A stretch of 33,975 nt of DNA from Gaiellaceae bacterium (GTDB lineage Bacteria; Actinomycetota; Thermoleophilia; Gaiellales; Gaiellaceae). The stretch's first letter is position 1. Each line of letters opens with the position of its first letter. The translations under genes and the position numbers were made by a program. The notes below the pieces were generated by a model, which saw nothing but the letters and a program-made list of their open reading frames with translations, had not been told where the DNA came from and made no database searches. Location: NCBI GenBank assembly GCA_036496165.1, contig DASXLN010000329.1, positions 1 to 33,975 of the forward strand, read 5' to 3'. Shown here in pieces: positions 7,144 through 15,073 of this stretch.

Positions 7144-8976
7144 TTACGGGTAGGTGACGACGTCGACGGGCGTGTCGGCGTTCGCCGCCGTCGACGAGCC
7201 GCCGGTTCCGTCGATCACCGACAGGATCCCGCCGCTTCCGTGCACCTTGTCGAGGAAGATCGTCAGCAGGTCGTGGAACTGGACGCCCGGCGTCGTCGGT
7301 GACAGGAACGCCTGCGTCGCGTAGATCGGCACTCCCTGGTTGAAGAACGAGTAGCTCCCCATGCCGTAGCCCTGGAAGCTCGTCACCTTCGACCCGACCT
7401 GGAAGGCGGGGTAGCCCTCGGTCGTCGGCGTCGACATCCACGCCGCCTGCGACGGCGGGTCGTACGGCATCTCGTTCTGGAAGAAGACGTCTTCGCCGTT
7501 CTGGCCGTTCCAGATCACCTCGGACTTCTGGTAGTGCTCGACGAAGAGGCCGTAGGCGGAGACGTTGTCGCCGTTCACGACGACACCCGTGTCGGCGGTG
7601 TTGCTCGTCCAGCCGACACCGGCGCCGTGGTCGGCGCGCCACGCCCAGACGTCGTCGAGGATCGCGTTGTCGGCGTTCACCTCGAGGCTCGTCGTGGCTT
7701 TTCCGGGCGTCGCTCCGCCGATGCGGAAGAAGACGTCGGAGAGGAGCGTCGGCTTGTTCCGGTCATGCGTCCCTCCACCTCCGAGCTGGTTGCCGAGCTG
7801 CACGAGCACCGGCGAGTTGACCGGTCCCGCGTCGACGATGAGGCCGGAGACCTCGATCCCGGGCACGTTCGCCGTCACGAGTGCTGCGTTCCCGTTCGTC
7901 GGGACGAGCGTCGCGAACCCGAGCCCGAGAACGATCGTGTTCGGGTTCGGCACGACGATCGGCGCCGGCAGGTGGTAGACGCCCGGCGTGAGGATGAGGC
8001 TCTGGCCGAGCGCGAGAGAGACGTTGATCGCCGCGACCGGGGTCGTCGGCGAGGCGACGAAGAAGCGCGACAGCGGAATGGATCTGCCGGCCTCGTTTCC
8101 CGACGTGTAGTTCGGGCCGACCGAGTTCGTCTGCACGGCGGGGACGAACACGCTGTAGTTGCCGCTCGTGTCGCCGGTGAGGAACGGCGGCTCCTCCGTC
8201 ACACGCGCGGACGGGACGTTCGTGTACTGACCGCCGGCACCGAAGTCCGTGGGCGGCGCTCCGGTGTCGCCGAGGAACACCTGGTTCCAGACGGCGTTCG
8301 ACCACTGGCCGACCGTGGAGTTCCGCGTGAAGTACTGCTGCTGCCCGAAGTTGCCGACGAAGCCGTTCAGCTCGTCGTTCGCGAAGAACCCGCCGCTCAC
8401 GAAGCCCTGGTTGCAGTAGTCCTGCAGGATGAGTGCGCCGTTGACGATGACGCTGCGCATCGGCGAGGCCTGCGACACTGCGAACAGGTCGTTCGAGTTC
8501 TTACACCCGGCGTCCTCGCCGTTGTTCGGCGCGTACGCCGGCGGCGTGCTCGGCAGATGCACGTTCAGTGTGAGATTCGACAGCGAACGCCAGAAGTTCT
8601 CGAGGCCTTCGCACGGTCCGCTGCCGTCGCACTGGTTGAAGACGTCGACGGCGCCGTTGACGACGACGTCATTCGGGGTCGAGCCGAGCCCGGCGACCTG
8701 CGTGTAATAGCCGAGCTGGAACACGAGCGGATTCGCAGCGGACCCGTACGTGCCCGGCTCGAAGAGCACGGCGTACCGGTCCGAGCCGAACTGATTGGGG
8801 ACTTGCTGCGTCGAGATGGTGTCGAGCGCCGCCTGGACGGCGGCCTGCGGCATCGACGGGGTGAGCACGACGACGTTCGGGCCGAACGGCGTCGCGGCTG
8901 AGGCTCGTCCGGAGGCAAGAAGCGCGGCGGCGACGAGCACGATGACGGCTCCCCCGAGCCGGATGCGAGTGGTCAT
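7144..8976 (-). CDS. Secreted right-handed beta-helix (pectate-lyase-fold) protein, probable glycoside hydrolase or polysaccharide-active enzyme
   Basis: Signal peptide with an ASA cleavage-like site (LLASGRASAATP) and RBS GAGGAGG. Long runs of short Gly/Asn/Val-rich repeats typical of parallel beta-helices. Conserved-looking blocks include QLGYYTQVAGLG, WAWRADHG and LFVEHYQK. The exact family was not identified. Confidence 0.7.
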   Translation of the reverse strand: MTTRIRLGGAVIVLVAAALLASGRASAATPFGPNVVVLTPSMPQAAVQAALDTISTQQVPNQFGSDRYAVLFEPGTYGSAANPLVFQLGYYTQVAGLGSTPNDVVVNGAVDVFNQCDGSGPCEGLENFWRSLSNLTLNVHLPSTPPAYAPNNGEDAGCKNSNDLFAVSQASPMRSVIVNGALILQDYCNQGFVSGGFFANDELNGFVGNFGQQQYFTRNSTVGQWSNAVWNQVFLGDTGAPPTDFGAGGQYTNVPSARVTEEPPFLTGDTSGNYSVFVPAVQTNSVGPNYTSGNEAGRSIPLSRFFVASPTTPVAAINVSLALGQSLILTPGVYHLPAPIVVPNPNTIVLGLGFATLVPTNGNAALVTANVPGIEVSGLIVDAGPVNSPVLVQLGNQLGGGGTHDRNKPTLLSDVFFRIGGATPGKATTSLEVNADNAILDDVWAWRADHGAGVGWTSNTADTGVVVNGDNVSAYGLFVEHYQKSEVIWNGQNGEDVFFQNEMPYDPPSQAAWMSTPTTEGYPAFQVGSKVTSFQGYGMGSYSFFNQGVPIYATQAFLSPTTPGVQFHDLLTIFLDKVHGSGGILSVIDGTGGSSTAANADTPVDVVTYP

Positions 8977-9025
8977 GGGCGAGAACCTCCTCGGCTGGGC
9001 TGACTGACGGCGGCCGGACCCTACC

Positions 9026-9053
9026 GAAAAAACACCGGGAACGTTTCCGGCGG
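9026..9053 (-). terminator. Rho-independent terminator (minus strand)
   Basis: The minus strand reads CCGCCGGAAACGTTCCCGGTG followed by TTTTTTCGG. That is a hairpin plus T-tract, starting right after the stop codon at 9055-9057. Confidence 0.65.
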
Positions 9054-9054
9054 T

Positions 9055-9204
9055 TCAGGCCTCGGACAGGTCGTCCGACGCGTTCGGTGTCGGCGTGGGC
9101 GCCCACTCCGGTGCGCCCTCGAGGTGTCGGAGGACCTCGCGCGTCGGCATCGGCCAGTCGTCGGAGCCGGCGGGCATGTCGTCGGCATGCAGCTCCGGAG
9201 GCAT
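9055..9204 (-). CDS. Small acidic hypothetical protein (49 aa)
   Basis: ATG at 9204 inside track ORF 9055..9273. The product is MPPELHADDMPAGSDDWPMPTREVLRHLEGAPEWAPTPTPNASDDLSEA. GC3 is high and a good terminator follows immediately. The RBS is weak and I recognise no family. Confidence 0.45.
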   Translation of the reverse strand: MPPELHADDMPAGSDDWPMPTREVLRHLEGAPEWAPTPTPNASDDLSEA

Positions 9205-9217
9205 CGCTTGCTCAACG

Positions 9218-9235
9218 CCGCGGCCGCGGCCGCGG
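9218..9235. repeat. (CCGCGG)x3 tandem repeat forming a perfect 18-bp palindrome
   Basis: Read directly. It abuts the TAA stop (9236-9238) of the MBL hydrolase gene. Confidence 0.9.
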
Positions 9236-9886
9236 TTACGGCGCCGCGAGCAGCACGACGCCCTCGAGCCCATCCACGTCGATCTCGCTCGACGGCGCCT
9301 CCGTCACCGGCATCCCGAGGGCCGCGAGAAACGCTTCCGGCGGGTCGAGGAAGTTCACCCTCGACGTCCGGTAGTGCATCGGCACGACGATGCGCGGGCC
9401 GATCGCGCGCACGACCGCGGCCGCGGGCTCGCCCCCGATCGTCGGGCCGCCGCCGGCCGGCACGAAGAGGACGTCGACCTCGCCGATCGCCTCGCGCTGC
9501 TCCGGACGCAGCGCCGGCTGCCCGAAATCGCCGAGGTGGCAGACGCGCAGACCGTCGAGCGAGAAGCGGAAGATCGTATTCGCGCCGCGCACCGTGCCGG
9601 CCGCGTCGTCGTGCTCGGAGGCGATGCCGACGATCTCCCCGATCGGCGACTCGAAGCGTCCCGCAGAGCGAAAGACGACCGGCTCACCGCGGATCGACTC
9701 GACCTCGTTGTGGTCGGCGTGCTCGTGCGTGACGAGCAGCACGTCCGCTTCCGCATCGATGGGCGGATAGCTGAACTCGATCCCGCGCGCGTGGGCTGCC
9801 TCGCCGAGCTCGCCGAACGGGTCGATGAAGACACGCTTGTCTCCGGAGAGAAGAAACGCGGACTGTCCATACCAGCGAATGCGCAC
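9236..9886 (-). CDS. MBL-fold metallo-hydrolase
   Basis: GTG at 9886 is preceded by GGAGG, which overlaps the MFS stop. The N-terminus VRIRWYGQSAFLL and the HxHxDH motif (VTHEHADHN) are present. The rest of track ORF 9236..10858 is read-through antisense to the MFS gene. Confidence 0.85.
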   Translation of the reverse strand: MRIRWYGQSAFLLSGDKRVFIDPFGELGEAAHARGIEFSYPPIDAEADVLLVTHEHADHNEVESIRGEPVVFRSAGRFESPIGEIVGIASEHDDAAGTVRGANTIFRFSLDGLRVCHLGDFGQPALRPEQREAIGEVDVLFVPAGGGPTIGGEPAAAVVRAIGPRIVVPMHYRTSRVNFLDPPEAFLAALGMPVTEAPSSEIDVDGLEGVVLLAAP

Positions 9887-9894
9887 GATGCCTC

Positions 9895-11586
9895 CTAGAT
9901 GGTGTCGGGCTCGGAGCTGTCGGTGACGACGGTGACGACCCGCTCGGGCTTGCTTGCACCGCGCGACCACGACATGAGCGCGGCGAGCGCGCACGCGATG
10001 ATCGCGAACGCGAACGCCTTGTGCAGGCCCGAATGGAACGGCGCCGCAATGAGGTTGGGAAAGAAGCTGTGGTTCGACACGGCCGCGGCATTCGCCGAGG
10101 ACATGTGCCGGACGACGCCGGGGCCGATGAGCGCGCGTACGGGGTCGTAGCCGAGAAAGGCGGCGAACAAGACCGAGACAGGGGGGAGATGGGCTGCGTG
10201 CTGTGCGGCCGCGGCCGGCACGCCGTGCGCCTCGAGCCCCGCCGCCAGCGTCGTCGGCAGCGTCGCCGCGAGGCCGAGGATCATCAGCGTGAAGAAGATC
10301 CCGATCGACAGGACCTGCGCGCCGTTCTGGAACGTCTGGTTCATCGCGCCGCCGGCTCCGCGGTCGGCGGCCGGAAGGCTGTTCATCACGCCGGCGCGGT
10401 TCGGCGACGCGAACGCGCCCATCGACAGCCCCATCAACAGCAGCGCGCCCGCGAACAGTGGGTACGAGAAGTTCACCGGCAGCATGTCGAGCAGAACGAA
10501 GCTGAGCGCCGAGCCGATCATCCCGCTCGTCGCGAACGGCCGCGAGCCGAAACGGTCGGAGAGGAACCCGGACACGGGGCCCGCCGCGAGGAAGCCGATG
10601 GTGAGCGGCAGCATGTAGATGCCGGCCATCAGCGGCGTGCGGCTGAAGCTGTAGCCGTGCTCGGGCAGCCAGATCCCCTGGAGCCAGATGATCAGCATGA
10701 ACATGAGGCCTCCTCGCGCGATCGCCGAGAGGAAGCTCGAGAGGACGCCGAACGTGAACGCGCGGATGCGGAAGAGCGGGAGCTTGAACATCGGATGCGC
10801 GATGCGCGACTCGATGAACGTGAACGCCACGATGAGCGCGACGCCAACGCCGATGCACGCGTCGACGAAGGGATTCGTCCAGCCGGTCGCGCTATTGCCG
10901 TACGGACGGATGCCGTACGTGATGCCGATCATGACCAGCACGAGGCCGACGGCGAACGTCGCGTTTCCCAGCCAATCGATCGGCGCCGGGTTGCGCTCGC
11001 CGATCTCACGTAGGTTGCGATGCGACCACACCGTCCCGAGCAGCCCGAACGGCACCGAGACGAGGAAGATGAGCCGCCAGTTCACCGGCGCGAGCAGGCC
11101 GCTGACGATGAGGCCGATGAACTGGCCGCTGATGCCGACGACGTTGTTCAAGCCGAGCGCGAGGCCGCGCTGGTTCTCCGGGAACGCGTCCGTGAGGATC
11201 GCCGCCGAGTTCGCGATGAGGAACGCCGCCCCGACTCCCTGGACGAGCCGGAATCCGATGAGGTAATCGGCGCCGGCGGACCCGTGCATCCAGTCCACCG
11301 TCAGCAGCAGCGATGCGACCGTGTAGATCGCGAACCCGAGCGTGTACATGCGCACGCGCCCGAAGAGGTCGCCGAGCCGGCCGAGGCCGACGACGAGCAC
11401 GCTCGTGACGACGAGATAGCCGAGGATCATCCAGAGGAGGTAGAAGCTGTTGCCGGGCTTCAGCGGATCGAGGCGGATGCCGCGGAAGATGTCCGGCATC
11501 GCGATCAGTACGATCGACGCGTCGAGTGTCGCGAGGAGGACGCCGAGCGTCACGTTCGAGAGGGCGATCCATTTGTACTCGCGCAC
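9895..11586 (-). CDS. MFS transporter, DHA2/EmrB-like 14-TMS drug:H+ antiporter type
   Basis: Many hydrophobic segments are present. MFS motif A-like GRLGDLFGRVRMY follows TMS2. Start moved to GTG 11586 (VREYKWIALSNV...) because codons 11587-11634 have poor GC3. Confidence 0.85.
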   Translation of the reverse strand: MREYKWIALSNVTLGVLLATLDASIVLIAMPDIFRGIRLDPLKPGNSFYLLWMILGYLVVTSVLVVGLGRLGDLFGRVRMYTLGFAIYTVASLLLTVDWMHGSAGADYLIGFRLVQGVGAAFLIANSAAILTDAFPENQRGLALGLNNVVGISGQFIGLIVSGLLAPVNWRLIFLVSVPFGLLGTVWSHRNLREIGERNPAPIDWLGNATFAVGLVLVMIGITYGIRPYGNSATGWTNPFVDACIGVGVALIVAFTFIESRIAHPMFKLPLFRIRAFTFGVLSSFLSAIARGGLMFMLIIWLQGIWLPEHGYSFSRTPLMAGIYMLPLTIGFLAAGPVSGFLSDRFGSRPFATSGMIGSALSFVLLDMLPVNFSYPLFAGALLLMGLSMGAFASPNRAGVMNSLPAADRGAGGAMNQTFQNGAQVLSIGIFFTLMILGLAATLPTTLAAGLEAHGVPAAAAQHAAHLPPVSVLFAAFLGYDPVRALIGPGVVRHMSSANAAAVSNHSFFPNLIAAPFHSGLHKAFAFAIIACALAALMSWSRGASKPERVVTVVTDSSEPDTI

Positions 11587-11594
11587 TCGGAAAG

Positions 11595-11625
11595 TATACA
11601 GGTAGCCTGAACAGTTACCCTGTAG
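11595..11625. promoter_or_regulatory. Imperfect inverted repeat TACAGGTA-N11-TACCCTGTA, candidate MarR operator in a 41-bp divergent intergenic region
   Basis: Read directly. It lies between the MFS start (11586) and the MarR start (11628). Confidence 0.4.
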
Positions 11626-11627
11626 AG

Positions 11628-12041
11628 ATGCCACAGAACGTCGCGCCCGAGCTCCGCGCCGTCATCGGCCAGCTCATCCGCCGACTACGGACGGAGAACG
11701 CGCGACCGACCTCGCAGCTGGCCGTGCTCGGCCGGCTCGACCGCGGGGGCCCGCAGACGACGAGCGGCCTCGCCGCCGCCGAGCACATGCGGCCGCAATC
11801 GATGGCCGAGATCGTCGCCGAGCTCCAGGCCGACGGCCTCGTCGACCGGACGCCCGACCCTGCCGACCGGCGCCAGCAGCTCGTCCAGCTGACCAAGGAA
11901 GGGCGCGACTTCCTCCGCCGCGAGCGGCGCCGCCGGGAGGACTGGCTCTCCCAGGCGATTGCCGAGGAATTCACCCCGCAGGAGCAGGCCGTCCTGGGCG
12001 AGGCCGTCGATCTGCTGCGCCGCCTCGCCGAGCTCGACTGA
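11628..12041 (+). CDS. MarR family transcriptional regulator
   Basis: Winged-helix core present: LAVLGRLDRGGPQTTSGLAAAEHMRPQSMAEIVAELQADGLVDRTPDPADRRQQLVQLTKEGR. Divergent from the MFS gene. Confidence 0.85.
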   Translation: MPQNVAPELRAVIGQLIRRLRTENARPTSQLAVLGRLDRGGPQTTSGLAAAEHMRPQSMAEIVAELQADGLVDRTPDPADRRQQLVQLTKEGRDFLRRERRRREDWLSQAIAEEFTPQEQAVLGEAVDLLRRLAELD

Positions 12042-12069
12042 CTTTCGAAATCCGGGGCACACTGGAGCC

Positions 12070-12717
12070 GTGCGTTTCGTCGTCGCCGCCGTCTTCGCCG
12101 CGCTCTCGGCCCAGGCGTTTCACGCCACCTCGCAGCCGCTCACCGCGACCGCGGAACACGAGCTGATCGCGAGCCACCACTGGTACTCGAAGTGCCCGGT
12201 CCCGTTCTCGGGCCTCCGCCTCGTGACGCTGAACTACCGGGGATTCGACGGCCGCGTGCACACGGGCCAGCTCGTGGTGAACGCGAGCGTCGTCCCGGCG
12301 GTCGAGACGGTCTTCGGAAAGCTGTACGCGATGCACTTCCCGATCCACCACATGAAGCTCTCCGACGCGTACGGGCCGGTGAGCCAGTGGCCGCGGGACC
12401 TCGACGTCACGTACTCGTTCTCGTGCCGGCAGGCGGTGGCCTCACCGTGCAACGGCATGAAGCAGACTGGGACGGGCAGCTGGTCGATGCACGCCTACGG
12501 CGAGGCGATCGACATCAACCCGATCGAGAACCCGTACGTCGGCTGCGGCCAGACGCGCGAGAAGGTCTCGGTGTCGTACATGAAGCGCACGCCGCTGCGG
12601 AAGGGGATGGTGACGCCCGCCGTCTACGCCCTGTTCCGGTCGGTGGGCTGGGGATGGGGCGGCGCGTGGTACGGCCCGACGAAGGACTACATGCACTTCT
12701 CGGCCAACGGCCACTGA
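12070..12717 (+). CDS. Secreted M15-family (VanY/LD-carboxypeptidase-like) zinc peptidase
   Basis: GTG 12070 follows GGAG. Signal peptide VRFVVAAVFAALSAQA. Zinc motif SWSMHAYGEAIDINP (H-x6-D) plus the distal DYMHF His. Confidence 0.75.
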   Translation: MRFVVAAVFAALSAQAFHATSQPLTATAEHELIASHHWYSKCPVPFSGLRLVTLNYRGFDGRVHTGQLVVNASVVPAVETVFGKLYAMHFPIHHMKLSDAYGPVSQWPRDLDVTYSFSCRQAVASPCNGMKQTGTGSWSMHAYGEAIDINPIENPYVGCGQTREKVSVSYMKRTPLRKGMVTPAVYALFRSVGWGWGGAWYGPTKDYMHFSANGH

Positions 12718-12789
12718 TAGCGGGAAACCCGCAACCGGCGAGTGCCGGCCCCGGATGTCCTCCGCCGACGCCGGCCGCACGCTGAAAGC

Positions 12790-13227
12790 GTGGCCTGCCT
12801 CATCGGTGTCGGTCGAGAGCGCTACGGAGATGAAGGCGCAGGACCGGCGGTCGCACGGATTCTCGCAGCCGAGCTCGCCGACAGCGTCCGCGTCGCGGAA
12901 TGCGACGGCGATCCGGCCACGATCCTCGCCGTGTGGAAGGGGTGCGTCCATGCCGTCGTCGTCTGCGCCACCCAGTCGGGCGCGCCCGCGGGCACGATCC
13001 GGCGCGTCGCGGCACACGCAGGCCCGCTCGGGGCGCCGTACCCGCAGGGGATCGTCGACGCCGTCGAGCTCGCGCGGGCTCGTGGCCGGCTCCCGGACCG
13101 GACGATCGTCTACGGGATCGAGGGCGCGACCTTTTCGGCAGGCGCCGAGCTGTCGCCGGCGAGCGCCGCCGCGGCCGAGCGCGTCGCTGTCGCAATCCGT
13201 CGCGAGCTCGAGACTGAAACGGGCTAG
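12790..13227 (+). CDS. Hydrogenase maturation endopeptidase (HybD/HycI family)-like protein
   Basis: By-eye colinear alignment with HybD. LIGVGRERYGDEGAG corresponds to LGVGN..DE..G. VVVCATQSGAPAGTI corresponds to IIADAI...APGT. IVDAVELARARGRLPDRTIVYGIE corresponds to LADVL...FP..L.L.GV. Start is GTG 12790 or earlier (12742). Confidence 0.6.
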   Translation: MACLIGVGRERYGDEGAGPAVARILAAELADSVRVAECDGDPATILAVWKGCVHAVVVCATQSGAPAGTIRRVAAHAGPLGAPYPQGIVDAVELARARGRLPDRTIVYGIEGATFSAGAELSPASAAAAERVAVAIRRELETETG

Positions 13228-13877
13228 GACAGCACCGCCGCCGACGCGGCGTGCCGCAGCATTGCAATAGCCCACTCGTCGTCAACGGGCTCGAAGACGG
13301 CGTATCGGAGGGGCACCGATTCGAGCGAGGCAAGCTCGTGCGGGCACACGAGGAGATCGACCTCGCCGCGAACGTCCGCGGCGGCTTCCGCCGAGGAGAC
13401 AGGCACGGCCGCGACGACGCGGCGCGCATGCTGCGTCCGCGCCCAGCGTGCGGCGGTGATCATCCGCGCGCCGGTCGTGATGCCGTCGTCGACGAGCATG
13501 ACCTCGCGCCCGCGAACGTCGATCGGCGCGACGTGTCCGTGGATGCGTTCGTCGACGTGCTCGAGCTCGGCGCGGGCCCGCGCCGCCGCATCCGAGAGCT
13601 CCTTGCTCGTGAGATCTGCTCGCGTGTGCACATAGACGGCATAGCCTGGCCCCACGGCGCCGAGGACGCGCGCCGGATGACCCGGGTAGCGGATCTTGCG
13701 CACGACGAGCATGTCGAGCGGCGCATGGAGCGACCGGGCCACCTCGTCCCCGACTTCGGTTCCGCCATGCGAGAGCGCGATGACGACGACGTCCGGCGCG
13801 GCCTCGGAGGCGAGCTCCTCGGCCAGCTCTCTGCCTGCCTCGCGGCGGTCGGCGAACAGGACCATCCGGGCGGTCAT
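13224..13877 (-). CDS. Phosphoribosyltransferase-family protein
   Basis: PRPP-binding loop VMLVDDGITTGARM. The N-terminus FADRREAGRELA is typical of predicted PRTases. Its stop shares CTAG with the upstream convergent gene. Confidence 0.8.
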   Translation of the reverse strand: MTARMVLFADRREAGRELAEELASEAAPDVVVIALSHGGTEVGDEVARSLHAPLDMLVVRKIRYPGHPARVLGAVGPGYAVYVHTRADLTSKELSDAAARARAELEHVDERIHGHVAPIDVRGREVMLVDDGITTGARMITAARWARTQHARRVVAAVPVSSAEAAADVRGEVDLLVCPHELASLESVPLRYAVFEPVDDEWAIAMLRHAASAAVLS

Positions 13878-13907
13878 GACGCGATGGTCTCTCCATGCCG
13901 CTGCGGC

Positions 13908-13946
13908 GGCGACGGTGACGACCCTGCCGTCGCCTGCGGTCTTTTC
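13908..13946 (+). other. Hairpin plus T-rich tract in the sigma-factor upstream region
   Basis: GGCGACGG-N11-CCGTCGCC is followed by TGCGGTCTTTTCC. It is terminator-like on the plus strand, but no plus-strand gene ends upstream. Confidence 0.3.
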
Positions 13947-13984
13947 CCGATTTCAGCCCTCGCCCGCAGCAGGATGCTGAGTGG

Positions 13985-14827
13985 GTGCAGTCCGCGGTTC
14001 TCGAGCGCGAGCTCGTACCCGATTCGCTGCAGCTCTTCCTCCAAGGCCTTCGTCGGTATCCGCTACTGACCCCGGCCGAGGAGGTTGCGCTCGCGAAGTG
14101 CGTCGAACGCGGCGATCCCGCTGCGAAGCACCGGATGATCGAATCGAACCTGCGACTCGTCGTCTCCGTCGCCAAGGGCTTCCAAGGGCAGGGTCTCCCG
14201 CTCGTCGACCTCGTCCAGGAAGGGTCATTCGGCTTGACGCGCGCCGTCGAGAAATTCGACTGGCGCAAGGGGTACAAGTTCTCGACGTACGCGACGTGGT
14301 GGATCCGGCAGTCGTGCTCGCGCGCGATCCGGAACCAGAGCGACATCATCCGCGTGCCGATTCACCTCGGAGAGCGCCGAAGGGTGATCCGAGCCGTGTG
14401 CGACCGCCTCGAGCAGGAGCTCGGGCGGCCGGCGACGCCGGCCGAGATCGCCGTCGAGCTCGACCTGTCGGAGCGACAGGTGTCCGACGCGCTCCGCGTG
14501 CCTGCCGTCGCCGTGTCGCTCGACGAGCCGGTCGGCGACGGGACCGCGAGCAGAGGGGACTTCATCCACGACGAGCGATACTCCGACCCGTACGAGGCGA
14601 TCGACGAGCGCCTCGACTCGGAGGCGGTCACCGAGGCGCTGCGCAGGCTGCCGGCCCGCGACCGGCTAATCGTCGAGGCGAGACTCGGCCTTGGCGGCGC
14701 TTCGGTGCGGACGCTGGACGACCTCGGGCAGGAGCTCGGGCTCACCCGCGAACGCGTCCGCCAGCTCGAGACGCGTGCGTTCCGGCGCCTCCGCTCCTCG
14801 AGCCTTTTCACTACGCTTCCGGCGTGA
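13985..14827 (+). CDS. RpoD-like (group 1/2-type, no region 1.1) RNA polymerase sigma-70 family factor
   Basis: Region 2 reads ESNLRLVVSVAKGFQGQGLPLVDLVQEGSFGLTRAVEKFDWRKGYKFSTYATWWIRQ. Regions 3 and 4 are also present, with region 4.2 reading LGLTRERVRQLETRAFRRLR. Confidence 0.9.
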   Translation: MQSAVLERELVPDSLQLFLQGLRRYPLLTPAEEVALAKCVERGDPAAKHRMIESNLRLVVSVAKGFQGQGLPLVDLVQEGSFGLTRAVEKFDWRKGYKFSTYATWWIRQSCSRAIRNQSDIIRVPIHLGERRRVIRAVCDRLEQELGRPATPAEIAVELDLSERQVSDALRVPAVAVSLDEPVGDGTASRGDFIHDERYSDPYEAIDERLDSEAVTEALRRLPARDRLIVEARLGLGGASVRTLDDLGQELGLTRERVRQLETRAFRRLRSSSLFTTLPA

Positions 14828-15069
14828 GGCTCGTCGCCGTCGCAGCGGTTGCCCTCTCGTTCGCGGGCTCGGCGGCCGCGGCCTCGTGGCCGCCTCCGGT
14901 GCCGCAGACGCTGCACGTCATCAAGCTCGAACACGCACATGCGCGCGCGGAGACCCGCTCGTGCATGGTGCGTGAGGGACGCGCGAAGGTCGCACGCTGG
15001 CTCGCGCCGGTCGCGTGCGAGCAGCCTCCACGCTCGCAGGTGCTGATCGCGGCGCTCTACGGCGGCTGA
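14824..15069 (+). CDS. Small hypothetical protein with N-terminal signal/TM segment (81 aa)
   Basis: GTG 14824 overlaps the sigma stop (GTGA). The product begins VRLVAVAAVALSFAGSAAAASWPPP.... GC3 is high throughout and it is the only coding-like frame here. I recognise no family. Confidence 0.5.
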   Translation: MRLVAVAAVALSFAGSAAAASWPPPVPQTLHVIKLEHAHARAETRSCMVREGRAKVARWLAPVACEQPPRSQVLIAALYGG

Positions 15070-15073
15070 TCCG

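Noticed and set aside
9887-10858. N-terminal extensions of several track ORFs: 9236..10858, 15466..16875, 20552..22549, 24819..25799, 26563..27756, 26886..28334, 13981..15069, 17969..19159.
   Set aside because: In each case only the distal part has a family signature. The extension runs through a neighbouring gene in another frame or strand. Internal GTG/ATG starts with RBS or start/stop coupling give sensible gene lengths.
12742-13877. The protease-like gene and the PRTase as a functional operon.
   Set aside because: They are convergent (opposite strands) and merely share the CTAG stop overlap, so co-transcription is impossible. Any link would be antisense interference only.
14824-15069. 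The small ORF upstream of the PIN gene as a conventional VapB-type antitoxin.
   Set aside because: It begins with a hydrophobic signal/TM-like segment and shows no RHH/AbrB/PhD-like N-terminal DNA-binding pattern. It is kept as a hypothetical protein and discussed as an anomaly instead.
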